From Zootoca vivipara (lineage: Eukaryota): a stretch of DNA of 64,000 nt. The position numbers and the translations under genes are program-made. Each line of letters starts with the position of its first letter. The stretch's first letter is position 1. The DNA lies in the NCBI RefSeq assembly GCF_963506605.1, contig NC_083278.1, forward strand, positions 9,238,001 through 9,302,000, in the 5' to 3' direction. Of the stretch, positions 37,540 to 50,009 are shown piece after piece. Below the pieces are notes generated by a model. It was not told the DNA's origin. It saw only the letters and a list, made by a program, of their open reading frames with translations, and did no database searches.

Positions 37540-39157
37540 GTCTAGACTGTAAAGGTTATTCTGCTGCTGCTAGCACCTGTCTATGTATTTTGAGATAGGG
37601 CTTTCAATTGGAGGGCTCCATGGCCTATTGCTAATCATGAGGAACATGCAGAATGAGATGGACAGTAAGGAAAATTTAATTAAGCCAGAGTGGGGGGGGG
37701 AACCCCAACAACCTGTGGATAATTTTTGAAATACAAAACCACACCAATGAAGGATAAGCTAGCTCTTGTATGTGTCAATTTGGATTGTGATATCTACTCT
37801 ACTAAGTCAATACTGTATATTTTAACAAACTGATAAAATATGGAGTCTTAAGCACACAATTGCACTGCACAATTTCTGCCAGTATTCTGTTGTGTTAACT
37901 TTGTGTTAACACTTTGTGTTAATAGCTGATGTGTCCACTATGCATAGTGACCACTATCTGCTGGCATTGAAATGTATCATATTAACATCTGTGAAGGATC
38001 TCATCACTGCACTGTCAAAAACGACATGCAGATTGACAGAAGGTGGCAACAGGTAGGGTGGCACAGATTGTTTCAATTCAGAACTTAAAGACTCCATGAG
38101 GGAAGCTGCAAAAAGATTAACTGCCTAGCATATTTTGAGGGATCTTTAACTGATTTAGGCCTCCTAATTAACAGCTCAAGACTGCCTTTTCATTTTTACG
38201 ATTTCTACAGCAGCACAGATAATGTAGACGTTTACAAAGAGAATCTGGGTTAGGATCCATTGCAGCCATTTCTCAGATTCTGCATATCAGTGGAGAATAA
38301 CCCTTCCTGTATACCCTGCATTTAACAAAATCCTTCTGACCAAGAACTGCATAAACAAGTGATATGGGATTCCTGACTCCTTTTGCTGATTTTAACTTTC
38401 ATTTTTTTATTTCCCAGATTCCAAAACATTGTATTTATACGTCACAAACAATCACTTAATGGGAAGGCAAGTGCTGTAACAAACTAGGTCATTGTTCAAC
38501 TGGCTGATGGGGAAAGGGATACCTACATGGCGTATGCACTTTTATTTTTCAGTGTGTATTAAACTACATTCTACCGAGTCTAGCTTGGAGACAGGCAGTT
38601 ATTTATGGCAGAAGACCATGTAAGCCACACAGGCATTTTATAGTCTCAGTAAAACCCCAGGGAACATGTTAGCGGGCTGTCAGGGTAACAGCTATGTCTA
38701 TTTTCCATGCTGAGAGCCTTGCCAAAGAGGGCCCTCACATGCAGAATACCACAGCAATACATGTTGTGTTTTCTGCAGTGCTCGCCCGCCATCCCCCTGG
38801 TTGTGACAGATATGCTAGGAGCCTATTGCTACACGAAATGTACTCTGTGTGAAGGTGCTGCTGCCAACACTACTATATGTTTCTGCTTTAGTTTGTCATT
38901 ATTCTCAAAGGCGGAATTCACTCGTTTTCTTCTTCTTCAAGCAGCCACTTGCAAGATTTGGGATCTGAACCTTTCATTTCTCCCATATCTTATAGTGTGA
39001 ATTCCCTTCTGTGAAAGTAATTGTCTAAACACCATGTGTAGCTAAGAACAAACCTTTTGATGATCAGAAAAAAAAGTCGAGGATGGACTAGTTTTGTGGA
39101 GCAATAAGAACCATGTTCCGAGCACCACTAAGGTGTCTTTATCACAATCACTGTTTA

Positions 39158-39870
39158 GTCATTTTGGACTCGCAGCAGTCCATGGAGGCGCAGGTCAATT
39201 CTGTGTCCAGGGCAGCTGTTTACCAGCACCATCTGGTACGGAGGCTGAGACCCTATCTGCCTGCAGACTGTCTCGCCAGAGTGGTGCATGCTCTGGTTCT
39301 CTCTCGCTTGGACTATTGCAATGCGCTCTATGTGGGGCTACCTTTGAAGGTGACCCAGAAATTACAACTAATCCAGAATGCGGCAGCTAGACTGGTGACT
39401 GGGAGTGGCCACTGAGACCACATAACACCGGTCTTGAAAGACCTACATTGGCTCCCAGTACGTTTCTGAGCACAATTCAAAGTGTTGGTGCTGAACTTTA
39501 AAGCCCTAAACGGCCTCGGTCCAGTATACCTGAAGGAGCGTCTCCACCTCCATCGTTCTGCCCGGACACTGAGGTCCAGTGCCGAGGGCCTTTGTGCGGT
39601 TCCCTTGCTGCAAGAAGCCAAGTTCCAGGGAACCAGGCAGATGGCCTTCTCAGTAGTGGCACCTGCCCTGTGGAACACCCTCCCATCAGATGTTAAAGAG
39701 AACAACAACTACCAGACTTTTAGAAGACATCTGAAGGCAGCCCTGTTTAGGGAAGCTTTTAATGTTTGATGGATTACTGTATTTTAATATTTTGTTGGAA
39801 GCCACCCAGAGTGGCTGGGGAAACCCAGCCAGATGGGTGGGGTATAAATAATAAATTGTTGTTGTTGTTG
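39158..39870 (+). mobile_element. L2 LINE 3' part
   Basis: VHALVLSRLDYCNALYVGLP...LQLIQNAAARLVTG; shared terminus. Confidence 0.9.
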
Positions 39871-40199
39871 ATGCATAAAACTTTTATGGATAAATGGGGA
39901 GCCTTGATACAGTGGGATAGCATTCTTGTGCTGGAAAAACTTACTCCTTAAATGTAAACCCTTGAAGATGTCAGCATAGTACTGGGCAGGGGAACTGCAT
40001 TGCTGTAGGGGAGCATGCAGTCTTACATTTGGGTACACATGTTTGTACTTCAGTGCATGCACACAACCACAAACACACCCGCCCAATGACATTTTTTAAA
40101 GTGCTACAAAACTGCTCCAGTTTTGCAGAGTGGAGGGGGAAGTGAAAGAGACTACAGTGCATATAGCAGAAGTGTGAGAAAATGCTGATAGTTATTAAG

Positions 40200-40740
40200 C
40201 ACCATCAATATACAAAGGGCTTTACAGCGTAATATAAACCTATGGGGAGGTGAGGAGAAAAAGACTGTCACTACTGCCTGAAGAAGTTTCCAATGGTGGC
40301 AATGAGATAAAAGGGGAAGGAAACATGGGATGAAAATGATGTGCACACAGCTTGGCTGGGGACCAAAGGGTTAAAACTACAGGTTTCCAAGGGGAAGAGA
40401 GATAGCATTGCTTGGTTATTCTACTAGGAAGTTCCAGGGGCAGCAAAAGGAATAATTGGGGGAGCCTGAAAGCAGAAGTCCCAAGTAGCTGATTGGTAGA
40501 CTGGGAGGAGCACAAGTAGAAACAATAGGATGGGGCAGGTTTGTGGAGAGGTTTAAAGACAAGCAGTTTGATGTAAAAAGTGATGAGAAACAAACATACA
40601 TGCTGGCAGGAAAGAAAGACTTGGCAGTGGTAGTTTGGACAGAAGTAAAAGGGTTAGATCTAGATTCTAAGATGCTTTCAGAAAATAAACCATTATTCAG
40701 AATACAGCTGTAGAATGGTCTCAGCTCTGGACAGCTGCAG
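40200..40740 (-). mobile_element. Ancient L2 fragment
   Basis: Degenerate IKLLVFKPLHKPAPSY on -. Confidence 0.4.
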
Positions 40741-41076
40741 AACAAAGTTTAGGTGTATCCTGTATAAAACAGGAATAAAAGTAAATTTGCTCTCTGAATG
40801 AAAAGGCATAGCACAACTGTGAAAAATTGCACAATACTTTGCATATCTAGCATGGCCTCTGACTTACCAGAATTACCTAAGTATGTAAGGATCATCAGAA
40901 TCAATTGTAATGAGTTTTTGAGCAAAACCAAGATGCTCCAAGAATCTTTCCAAAAGGAGATTTATATATTCAGAGATCAGAAACAAAATGAAGACACACA
41001 CAGTTTGTTCAGAATCCTAAAAAACTAACATAAACGAAGTTTGTACAACTGTTGATGTGTTCAGAAATTTACATAC

Positions 41077-41211
41077 CCCAGACACAACGAGTTCTCCTCC
41101 CAGGTTTTGAACTTCTGCCTTCACTTTGCTGCAGATGTTTAGCTGGTGGCAGTATAAAGCAATACGTTGCAGATAGGCTAGCAAATCCTGTTTGCAAGCA
41201 GAATCTGGGCA
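41077..41211 (-). CDS. CTNNA1: Catenin alpha-1 exon 17 (135 nt)
   Basis: CPDSACKQDLLAYLQRIALYCHQLNICSKVKAEVQNLGGELVVSG; AG acceptor and gtatgt donor. Confidence 0.97.
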
Positions 41212-42982
41212 CTGAGGACAGAAATAAAATTGGTATTTAGTTCTGAGACATTAAAACTGATCAGTGTATCACATATCAATAGTGTTTCCAATCCGCCAAC
41301 GAACATACAGGCTACCCTAAATATCTAATTTAGGCAAAAAGCTGATGTTGTAGAATACCTCTTGCACAAAGACTGCTAATGCAACGGTCAGTCATCACCT
41401 TGTAAAAAAGGTTTGGCAAAATGCCTGTCTATATACACTGATTGACCTATAAACAGTAATAATACAGTTATATGGATTTCATAGTATGTCCTGATTGAGG
41501 CTTCTCTCTTTTGAAATTTATTCTGCTTTTGTTTTAAAACAAAAAACATATGGTGGCAGCATACATGGTTTAATGGTAGAAAAACTTTGAAGCAGTTCAT
41601 AGTTCGCCTCATTTTATCGCAAGTCTGTGAAGAATTTATCCTCTGAGCTTCATGGCTGAGCAGGAATTGAACTCAGGTTTCCAGCCCCGGCCCATTACAC
41701 CAAGCACCAAGAATTTTCCCACTCAGTATAAATGTCATCCATGGATCCCACAGCCTAATATGGAAGAAAAGATTTTTGCTTCTAATTTTAAATAAATAGT
41801 GTAGCTATTTAGTGAATACACATTTAGGCTTTCTATACTGCATAGTGGAAAATCAAAAGTGAATGGCTGAGAATTAAGAGTTTCATTATCTCGTATATTG
41901 TTCACTTCATTTGCAAAAGTAGATACTTTGAATAATTGCTTGTTGAGAGCAATTGCATGAGCTATTCATTGCTTTTCAATCTATAATGCCAACATCTTGA
42001 ACTTGCACCTGTAAGGCATTAACATGCTTAAAATTGTGCTAGTTTGCACAGGTCAGATTTTCCCGGTTTAACTAATCTGGCTGCAAAATATATGTCTTCA
42101 CTTTTGAAAATTCCAAAATATACACACTGTGAAGTGAATAAAAAAAAGGCAGAATTAATTAAGGTAACAATGGGATGGAATACTGAATGAATGAAGTTCT
42201 CACAATGCGTGAAAATTCATCTAAATGGTGAGAAAAAGTACTTTGTAACTGCAAATGGAAAAAGCTATTATTGCTTTCAGTCCTACAGCTCGAGATAGAT
42301 GCAAGTTCCAAAATACTGACATCTCTGCTGGTGGCATGCAAGACAAGGGCAATGTAGTAATTCCACTGCATTCTAGAAGTGCATATGGTTAAGTGCTGTG
42401 TGACTGCTTGCCTTCAGGCTCATCATCTTCCTAAGGTCAGATTGTGCCAAGCCAGAGCAATTTGCTGAACTTCACAATGAATGTGTGTCTCAAATATGAA
42501 ATTGTTCAACTGGAGGTCTAAAGCAAGCGTTCAGAGAGTAATTATTCAAAAACAAAGTTGAAAGATTACAACTTAACCTGCATTTTCTAATGCTGGGAAC
42601 ACACAGTGAGGTAGTTCTTTTGAGGTTGTTTTTTTTTGGGGGGGGGGTAAGGTGTCCAAGCATCCACAATGATTGAGTAGTTGCAGAGCAATGTATGAAA
42701 AAACGAACAAAAAACAACCAGGAGTGGAAAGTAACAGTTTTCTTTTGGGAACTCTATGCTCAATGACAATTTTTGAAGTGAACACCAAGCTTCACAAAAA
42801 CTCAGGGCAAACTAATGATCCAGCTACAAATAAAAAGCTGAAGTGCAAGAGAACAAAGAATCAATAATTTGAGTCAGAAGACACCATAAAACAAGCTGCT
42901 AGCTCCAGGACTCTTGTACTTGTGAATCTAAAACCCCAGTTTAAATTAAACTAAAAGTTTGTGAAAAACAGTTCCAACTCAC

Positions 42983-43088
42983 ATGATCAGCAATTGTCCG
43001 TCCTAACTTGTCCATTCTTGACCCAGCTTCTGCAATTTTCTTTGCTGCACTAATCACATCAGATGTATTTTTCAGTGGCCCTTTCCCT
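42983..43088 (-). CDS. CTNNA1: Catenin alpha-1 exon 16 (106 nt)
   Basis: GKGPLKNTSDVISAAKKIAEAGSRMDKLGRTIADH; tttgcag acceptor and gtgagt donor. Confidence 0.97.
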
Positions 43089-43884
43089 CTGCAAAAAAAG
43101 GAGAGCACAGCATTTGTCTATTAGAATCAGGGACACAAATCAAGGACATCTTTGTTTTTCAATTATTTCCCGCTGTACAGGAATGACTATAACTAGGCTG
43201 CACTAATGTGGCACTGAAACACACTGTAAAAGATTGCTTCATATTATTCATGTATGTTTCAGATATAAAAAGGTAAAACTTGTGAACCAGGTTCTTCACA
43301 TAGTTCTGTATCATACTACATATTGGAAGGAACCAAAGAATAGTTCGCATTTCTTGATCACAGACCTCACCACTTTCACAAAAAGAGGATCTTTTACAGG
43401 TTGGTGGGATCGTATGTATGTATGCGTATACATACAAACCTATCTAAATCTCTGCAAACAAACAAAAACAAACAAGGCAGGCCCAAACTCTTGGACACTC
43501 CTATACTTTTTGGAACACAGTCATTAACCTATAATAAAAATAAACCAAAAGTGAACTAATTTCAAGTGTCAGATCATTAAATTATTGCAATATGCAACAA
43601 CAACAACAACAACAACACCACCACTTCTCTGCTTAATAAATACTATGAAATCTTATTTATTGTACTCTATTTTAAAATAAATATCATTTTGGCCCAGTTT
43701 TTCAGAATATAGATCACAAATTTCTATGCAGTTTCCTGGAAGCTCCATGTATGCATCACAGATAATCAATGTAGGAAGTTACATTTTAATCTTCACAAAA
43801 TGTGGGATTTCCTTTTTTTAAAAAAATTAAGTCTATGTTCAGCAATGCATGTGCTGGAGAGAGCTTAGTTATTCAGACATGTAT

Positions 43885-45280
43885 TATTTATTTCTACAAT
43901 TTATATGGCACCCTACAGCAGAAGATCTCTGGATAGCTTGCCAGAATCAAAGAGAATAAAATGAAACATAGCCAATGAAAACCAGAAAGACTACATTAAA
44001 ACAGAGTAGAGACTTTGCAGCACTAAAATTCTAAAGAGGACAGAGGGGGGAAAATCCACACAGCTAAGGCAGTATCAAACCCACATTATAGTTTAAAAGG
44101 CCAGGGACAATAAAAAGGTCTCCAGCTGCTACTGAAAGGACAAATAACGGAAAGGCCCTCTCAAAGCCACATGGCATTCCCCAGTTGTAGATGACACCTA
44201 GAGAAGGGCCATGGATAATGATTTCAAAGTGTAGCGAAGAGGTAATCTTTCAGATACTGAGGTCTCAAGCCAAGAAGGATTTTAAAGGTCAAAACCAGTT
44301 CTTTGAATTGGGCACGAAATGAAGAACACGAGTCAGGGGAGATGGCAAGGTACAAGCATATTATATTCATGATACCCAGTTCCAGTGTGTATTATTGTAC
44401 CTGTAATCTGTGCCAACTAAAGTTTCCCACTGTTTTTAAAAGCAGGCCCCCAGACACCACACTGGGTTGTTTCCAAATGAAACTGTCCTGTTAGTGCAAG
44501 GACATCTGCCCAAGCAACAGAACCATCTCTTTCTAACTCTACCCATGCTCCCAACTATCTGCTCTGAAGTGGCTTTTTTTTGGGGGGGGGAGGGAACCCA
44601 AAACAAATTTGCACAGGCACACAGGAAAAGGAAGTATTGGTGTACAAGGTGAAATGCTTGCACTAACAGCACTTCACTGGATTTCTAGCCTAACATGGTA
44701 AAAAGTGTCTCATGACACACCTCCAGATACAAAGAGAGATGAGCGTCCTCCAATGATGAACCTGGTCCATTAGGAGGGAGTGCAACCTCCTCAAGAAAAG
44801 GGGGAACCACAACTGATCTGGGCAGATGAACCGTGCACTAGCAGAAACCTCAATCTTGTCTGGATTGAGCTTCAGCCTTTTGGCTCTCATCCCATTACCA
44901 TTGCCAGGCACTGATAAAGCACTTCCACAATCTAGGTTTTATCCCTCCCTCCCTGGATGATCTCATTCAGTGGCTTTGTGTAGATGCTAAACAGCATGCG
45001 GGATGAGATGGAACCCTACGCGACAAGGGGCCACGAAACCAAGCAGAAATCCCCCAGCGCCACCTCCTGGAAGTGGTACCTAGACACGAATAGAACCACA
45101 GAAGAAAAGTACTATGCACATAAAACTTGGACAGGGTCTTGAGAGGATCCCATGGTTGATGTTAACGAAAGCTGCTGGAAGATCCAGGAGAATCAGTCCT
45201 CTCCCTCTCTCTGCTAATCACCACCCCACAGGCTGACAAAGGCCGTTTCAGTACCAGAGCGAGGGCTAAAGCCAGATTGA
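43885..45280 (-). mobile_element. Old degraded L2
   Basis: MRAKRLKLNPDKIEV and other L2 RT remnants on -. Confidence 0.6.
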
Positions 45281-45420
45281 AAACAGACAATACTAGTCAG
45301 ATCAGTCAACAGCATTTAGGAACGAATGTAAATCTAACAGAGCCCTGTTGAACAAAGGATATGAAATAAAGTTGCCCCCCAAATGCTTATTTAGATGGCG
45401 TGTCCATGAAGAATCCTTAC

Positions 45421-45602
45421 CTGGTAAAATCTGTCATTTCCATCATAATCATGCACATTTGTTTTGCCAGAACAATGATATCATTACCACTATCATCCCA
45501 TTTGGACACTTCAGCGTCCAATTTACTCTTTTCTTCCTGGAAGCTGGCAACTTGTTCAGCGATTTTTGCTTTTTGCTCCTGAGGGAGTTGAGCCATGATA
45601 GC
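45421..45602 (-). CDS. CTNNA1: Catenin alpha-1 exon 15 (182 nt)
   Basis: AIMAQLPQEQKAKIAEQVASFQEEKSKLDAEVSKWDDSGNDIIVLAKQMCMIMMEMTDFT; ttccag acceptor and gtaagg donor. Confidence 0.97.
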
Positions 45603-47014
45603 CTGGAAAGAAGAATGGTTTCACATATAATTACTTCCATTCATTGGCAAGATGGCTTTTCAGGTTATTTCACTAGCCAACTAATTCATAGGGGCAGAAT
45701 CAAATTATATCTGAAAGGATGAGAGGAACATTTCCATCTTGATCCATATCATGCACCTATATGAATTATCTACCATTACAAGTACAGACCATTGGGAAAG
45801 AAAGTCACTGATAAAAGGCTGGTTTCTGAAGTCCTGCTGAGAGGAAATTGCTAGCATCCTGAGGGTGCCTTCTTTGTTTTTTAATCCTTTTCTCTTTGTA
45901 GAGTACAATAGCCTTTACAGCAAGGTGGTTCAAACCATTATCGAATCACCTGCTGTAGAGTTCATCTACCTTCAGGTAGATAGCTAGAAATTAAATTTAT
46001 ATTTATTGTCAAGAAGAACCTATTGAATATGGTTCAAGAGTGCTCGGAAGCAAAGCTCTGAAGCAAGAACACATCCTATGTAATTACCAGATAATGATGT
46101 TCCAAATTAATCTAGGATTGAATTTTGGTAGTTTAAACACACACTGTCTACAGACAAAATTGTATGGCTATTTCACCAAGCAAAAGCAAATTATAACAGA
46201 GCTAAACCACTGTTGGGCTATATGAAACAACAGGGCAACCCAGGGTGCCTGGCTTGAAAAGGCATGTTTATTCACAAACAAGTAGCCCACCTGCAGTTTC
46301 AAGTAGTGTACTGGCATGTCCTCCTTGGAGCAGTGCCACTTGAATTTAAGTATCTCCTTTAATTATTCTGGTAGTGTTCTGTGCAAACATACTGTGCATG
46401 CACGCACACACAGAAAAATTAGAAGTTACCTACGTTGCTTGGTGAGAATTACCTCTGCTCTGCTACAATTTTGTAAGTAAGACAGTTGCCAAGTTTGACG
46501 TTTAGCATAAAATATACATATGAAGGGCTATTTGGTTGCAACACAGAAGTTAATCCAATTATTGAAGTATTACTTTCAGTTTTGGTATCCATCACTTAAA
46601 AGAAATCTGAAGAGGAACTGGAAAGAGTTCAGAATAAATAGTTTGGAAGCCATGCAATCTTAGGAAAAGTAAAGGAATGTGAAATCTAAAGAGAAAAGGT
46701 TGAGGTGGCATAATAGAAGGAGAAAATAAATGCTGTAATAAAGACGAGGGAGAGAGCTGAGACCAAATATAATGGTCTCAAGTGGCAGCACTTTATATGA
46801 TGGCAGCAGAACAAAATAGTCCTAAGTGGTACATTCTAATTAGTGAAGAATCTGTGTAGGTTCAAATGCCCTCTCTGCCCAATATCTTACTGGAGCAGTG
46901 TTGATTAAGTCACCATTTCTCCGCCTTGACTAACCTACAGGGTTGCCATGAGGAGAACCGTGTGTGGGAGAACCAAGTATTCCACCTTGCAGGAAAGGCA
47001 GGATGTAAATATAA

Positions 47015-47080
47015 CCTTTAATAGCCAATGATAAGTTTATTTCCTTGTTTATGAATAAACTTATCATTGGCTATTAAAGG
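47015..47080. repeat. Perfect 27-bp inverted repeat with a 12-nt loop
   Basis: cctttaatagccaatgataagtttatt / aataaacttatcattggctattaaagg. Confidence 0.95.
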
Positions 47081-47669
47081 GAATTCTAATGCAGATGTCA
47101 GATTACCGTAGGTGATCTTATCTGACGATCTTGTATATTAGGTCTGTGGTTCTATTACAAAATGCGGGGCAGAAGGAAAGGCAAGAAATAATCAAAACAG
47201 GAATAGAAATGCCATTTATCAGATTACATAATGATTGACAAACAGCTAAGACTCAAGATAGGTTTCAGGAACTCACTGGGATAGTTGAAAGGATAGGGCC
47301 AGAAGAGTTCACGATCTTTGGGTAAAATTATCTTAAGGCTAGGGATTAACTAATGTGGCAGGAGGAAAGTATATGCATCAGAGGGGAGAAGTAACTAAGG
47401 ATGAGGCTAGCAGAGTCGTGCATGCATAGGGTACATATGAGGGGGTGGAGCTGGAGAGGTGAACTGACACAGGGCACTTGGATCTTCTCAACTGAGTCAT
47501 GTTCTGATCCGTTCTTTCCGTTTTAATTCTATTTTCTTCCCCAAAGCAGAAAAGAAGGAAGAAGATGGTTGGAGAAAGATGGACGTTAAGACGATATGCT
47601 GGCCTCTTGATTAAAGTATGATCAAATGTTCTGCATATGTTCAGTGAGATTTGGAACAGTTTGCCTTAC

Positions 47670-47780
47670 TCTTGCACTTTGGCCTGCAATAAGTTGGTCA
47701 TCTTCAGTCTGAACACTTGTTCGGCTTCTAACATCAAAGTCTTCTGTCTCAAAGTCTGAATCATCCAATTCTTCAGGAGT
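47670..47780 (-). CDS. CTNNA1: Catenin alpha-1 exon 14 (111 nt)
   Basis: TPEELDDSDFETEDFDVRSRTSVQTEDDQLIAGQSAR; ttcccag acceptor and gtaagg donor. Confidence 0.97.
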
Positions 47781-48211
47781 CTGGGAAAACAAAAATACAA
47801 AAAGTCAAGAGCAATTCAGTGAACAACCATCTCTGGAATTATTCCCTCTGGAATGCATCTAATTTAAAAGCTTTAAAACTAAACATAAATGAATTTTCAC
47901 ATTTTGTGGCTTACAGATAAGCAGTTAGAAATGGCACCACCACTTGTGCTAAATGTATGGCTTATGACATTTAAAGCATCCTGTACATAATTTGATGGCG
48001 AGATTGAATATAAATGTTTTAATAATTTAAAAAACTGTGGACAACTGATTTGGGATGCACATGTTAAAATGCAGAGCATTGTGCCCACCTGTTTCATTAA
48101 CTGATACTCCAAGATTAAGCCTCCTTCACATTTTTTGTTGAAGACAAGTAAAATAGGATTCCCAACACTTATAAGAAACTCCCCATTTAGAATGATGTAA
48201 GCCTTCAGAGA

Positions 48212-48557
48212 GGACGCAGGTGGCGCTGTGGGTTAAACCCTAGGGCTTGCCGATCAGAAGGTCGGCGGTTCAAATCCCTGCGATGGGGTGAGCTCCCGTT
48301 GCTTGGTCCCTGCTCCTGCCAACCTAGCAGTTCGAAAGCACATCAAAGTGCAAGTAGATAAATAGGTACTGCTCTGGCGGGAAGGAAAACGATGTTTCCG
48401 TGCACTGCTCTGGTTCGCCAGAAGTGGCTTAGTCATGCTGGCCACATGACCCCGGAAGCTGTACGCCGGCTCCCTCGGCCAGTAAAGCAATATGAGCGCC
48501 ACAACCCCAGAGTCGTCCGCGACTGGACCTAATGGTCGGGGGTCCCTTTACCTTTAC
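48212..48557 (+). mobile_element. Sauria SINE
   Basis: TSD gccttcagaga. Confidence 0.9.
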
Positions 48558-49074
48558 GCCTTCAGAGAACAGGCTCAAGATTTGGGAAGTTTGGTATTTA
48601 TTCTGGCTACTGTATGTTTGCCTTTGTTATATTATAATCTGCTCTGAGTCTCAAGCATGGGGCTGGATGACAGTGAAAGTAAATGCAATGATCTCTTTGT
48701 TTGGTATTATAGCTCTAACTGCAGCACACACAATTTAGTATTAATTTTTGAAGGCAGCCCATGAGTTCAGAGTGTTACTACGTACTTAGGATTACAAGTC
48801 AATCCCGTTAACATATTGCTTTTCATAAGTTTGGAAAAATGCAGCTACCATTTCATTCATATCAGTTTCTTTCTTCTGTTCTTATAATCAAGATGCCAGC
48901 AGTAGCAAAGTGTATGGCTGTATTAATGGCTTGGCAACAAGCTACACAAGCTTCATCTTTGGTTAAATTTATCTCCCTGTCAACTGAGGAAAGTCAATGT
49001 TTGTCTTCCTACTCAATGAGATCATGAAGCCCTTGCTCCATTTTGTACTTTTATTAGTAGCAAACTAATACCTA

Positions 49075-49423
49075 GGATCCCAGGTGGCGCTGTGGTTAAA
49101 CCACTGAGCCTAGGGCTTGCTGATCAGAAGGTCGGCGGTTCGAATCCCTGTGACGGGATGAGCTCCCGTTGCTCGGTCCCAGCTCCTGCCAACCTAGCAG
49201 TTCAAAAGCACGTCAAAATGCAAGTAGATAAATAGGAACCGCTACAGCGGGAAGGTAAACGGCGTTTCCATGTGCTGCTCTGGTTTGCCAGAAGCGGCTT
49301 TGTCATGCTGGCCACATGACCTGGAAGCTATACGCCGGCTCCCTCGGCCAATAATGTGAGATGAGCGTGCAACCCCAGAGTCGGTCATGACTGGACCTAA
49401 TGGTCAGGGGTCCCTTTACCTTT
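49075..49423 (+). mobile_element. Sauria SINE
   Basis: TSD-like taatacctagga. Confidence 0.9.
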
Positions 49424-49555
49424 AATACCTAGGATACACTATACGCTGCAGTAAACTTTTGCATTTATTCTACTTATAGAATGAACTTATGTAAAGGCCA
49501 ACACAGCAGTGAATGCATGAGCTTGGCTTCCCTAGGCAGAAGTAGCATTATGAGT

Positions 49556-50009
49556 AGCATATGACAACATATGGTTTTACAACTATGAATGCAAGAAAAT
49601 TTTTTTTGTTTTGTATTGTTTTTTCTTTTTTCTTTTTTCTTTTTTTCTTTTTTCGCTCTTTCTTTTTTTTCCCCCCTTTTTTCTATTTCTATTTTTCTCT
49701 TTTTTTTTTTTTTTTTTGGTATGACAATAGATGGTTGGATGGATGTCCTCCTGCGTACTGCCCTGGTTTGCTGGAGCTCCCTGGTGGCAGGGGGGGGCTT
49801 TGGGGTCAGGGGAGGGGGGGGAGGACAGAAACCCAAGCATAAAATGGACCATCTCTGACTGTTCACATACATGGGATACTTCTGTGGCAGGGGAGGACCC
49901 ATGTGGGTGGGTAGGAAGGAGGTGGAAAAGGGGTTTAAGTATGTACCTTTTTTTTTTTGCTTTTTTGTATTCTGTAAAATTAATAAAAAGTATGTTCAAA
50001 AAAAAAAAA
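49556..50009 (+). mobile_element. Retroposed poly(A)-tailed fragment (probably an L1 3' UTR)
   Basis: AATAAA plus poly(A); 18-bp TSD agaagtagcattatgagt (49538-49555 and 50010-50027). Confidence 0.8.

Noticed and set aside
37954-38124. Open frame of about 56 codons on - in intron 17 (AVNLFAASLMESLSSELKQSVPPYLL...)
   Set aside because: The strong ttttgcag acceptor is out of frame with it; no homology recognised; the length is within chance.
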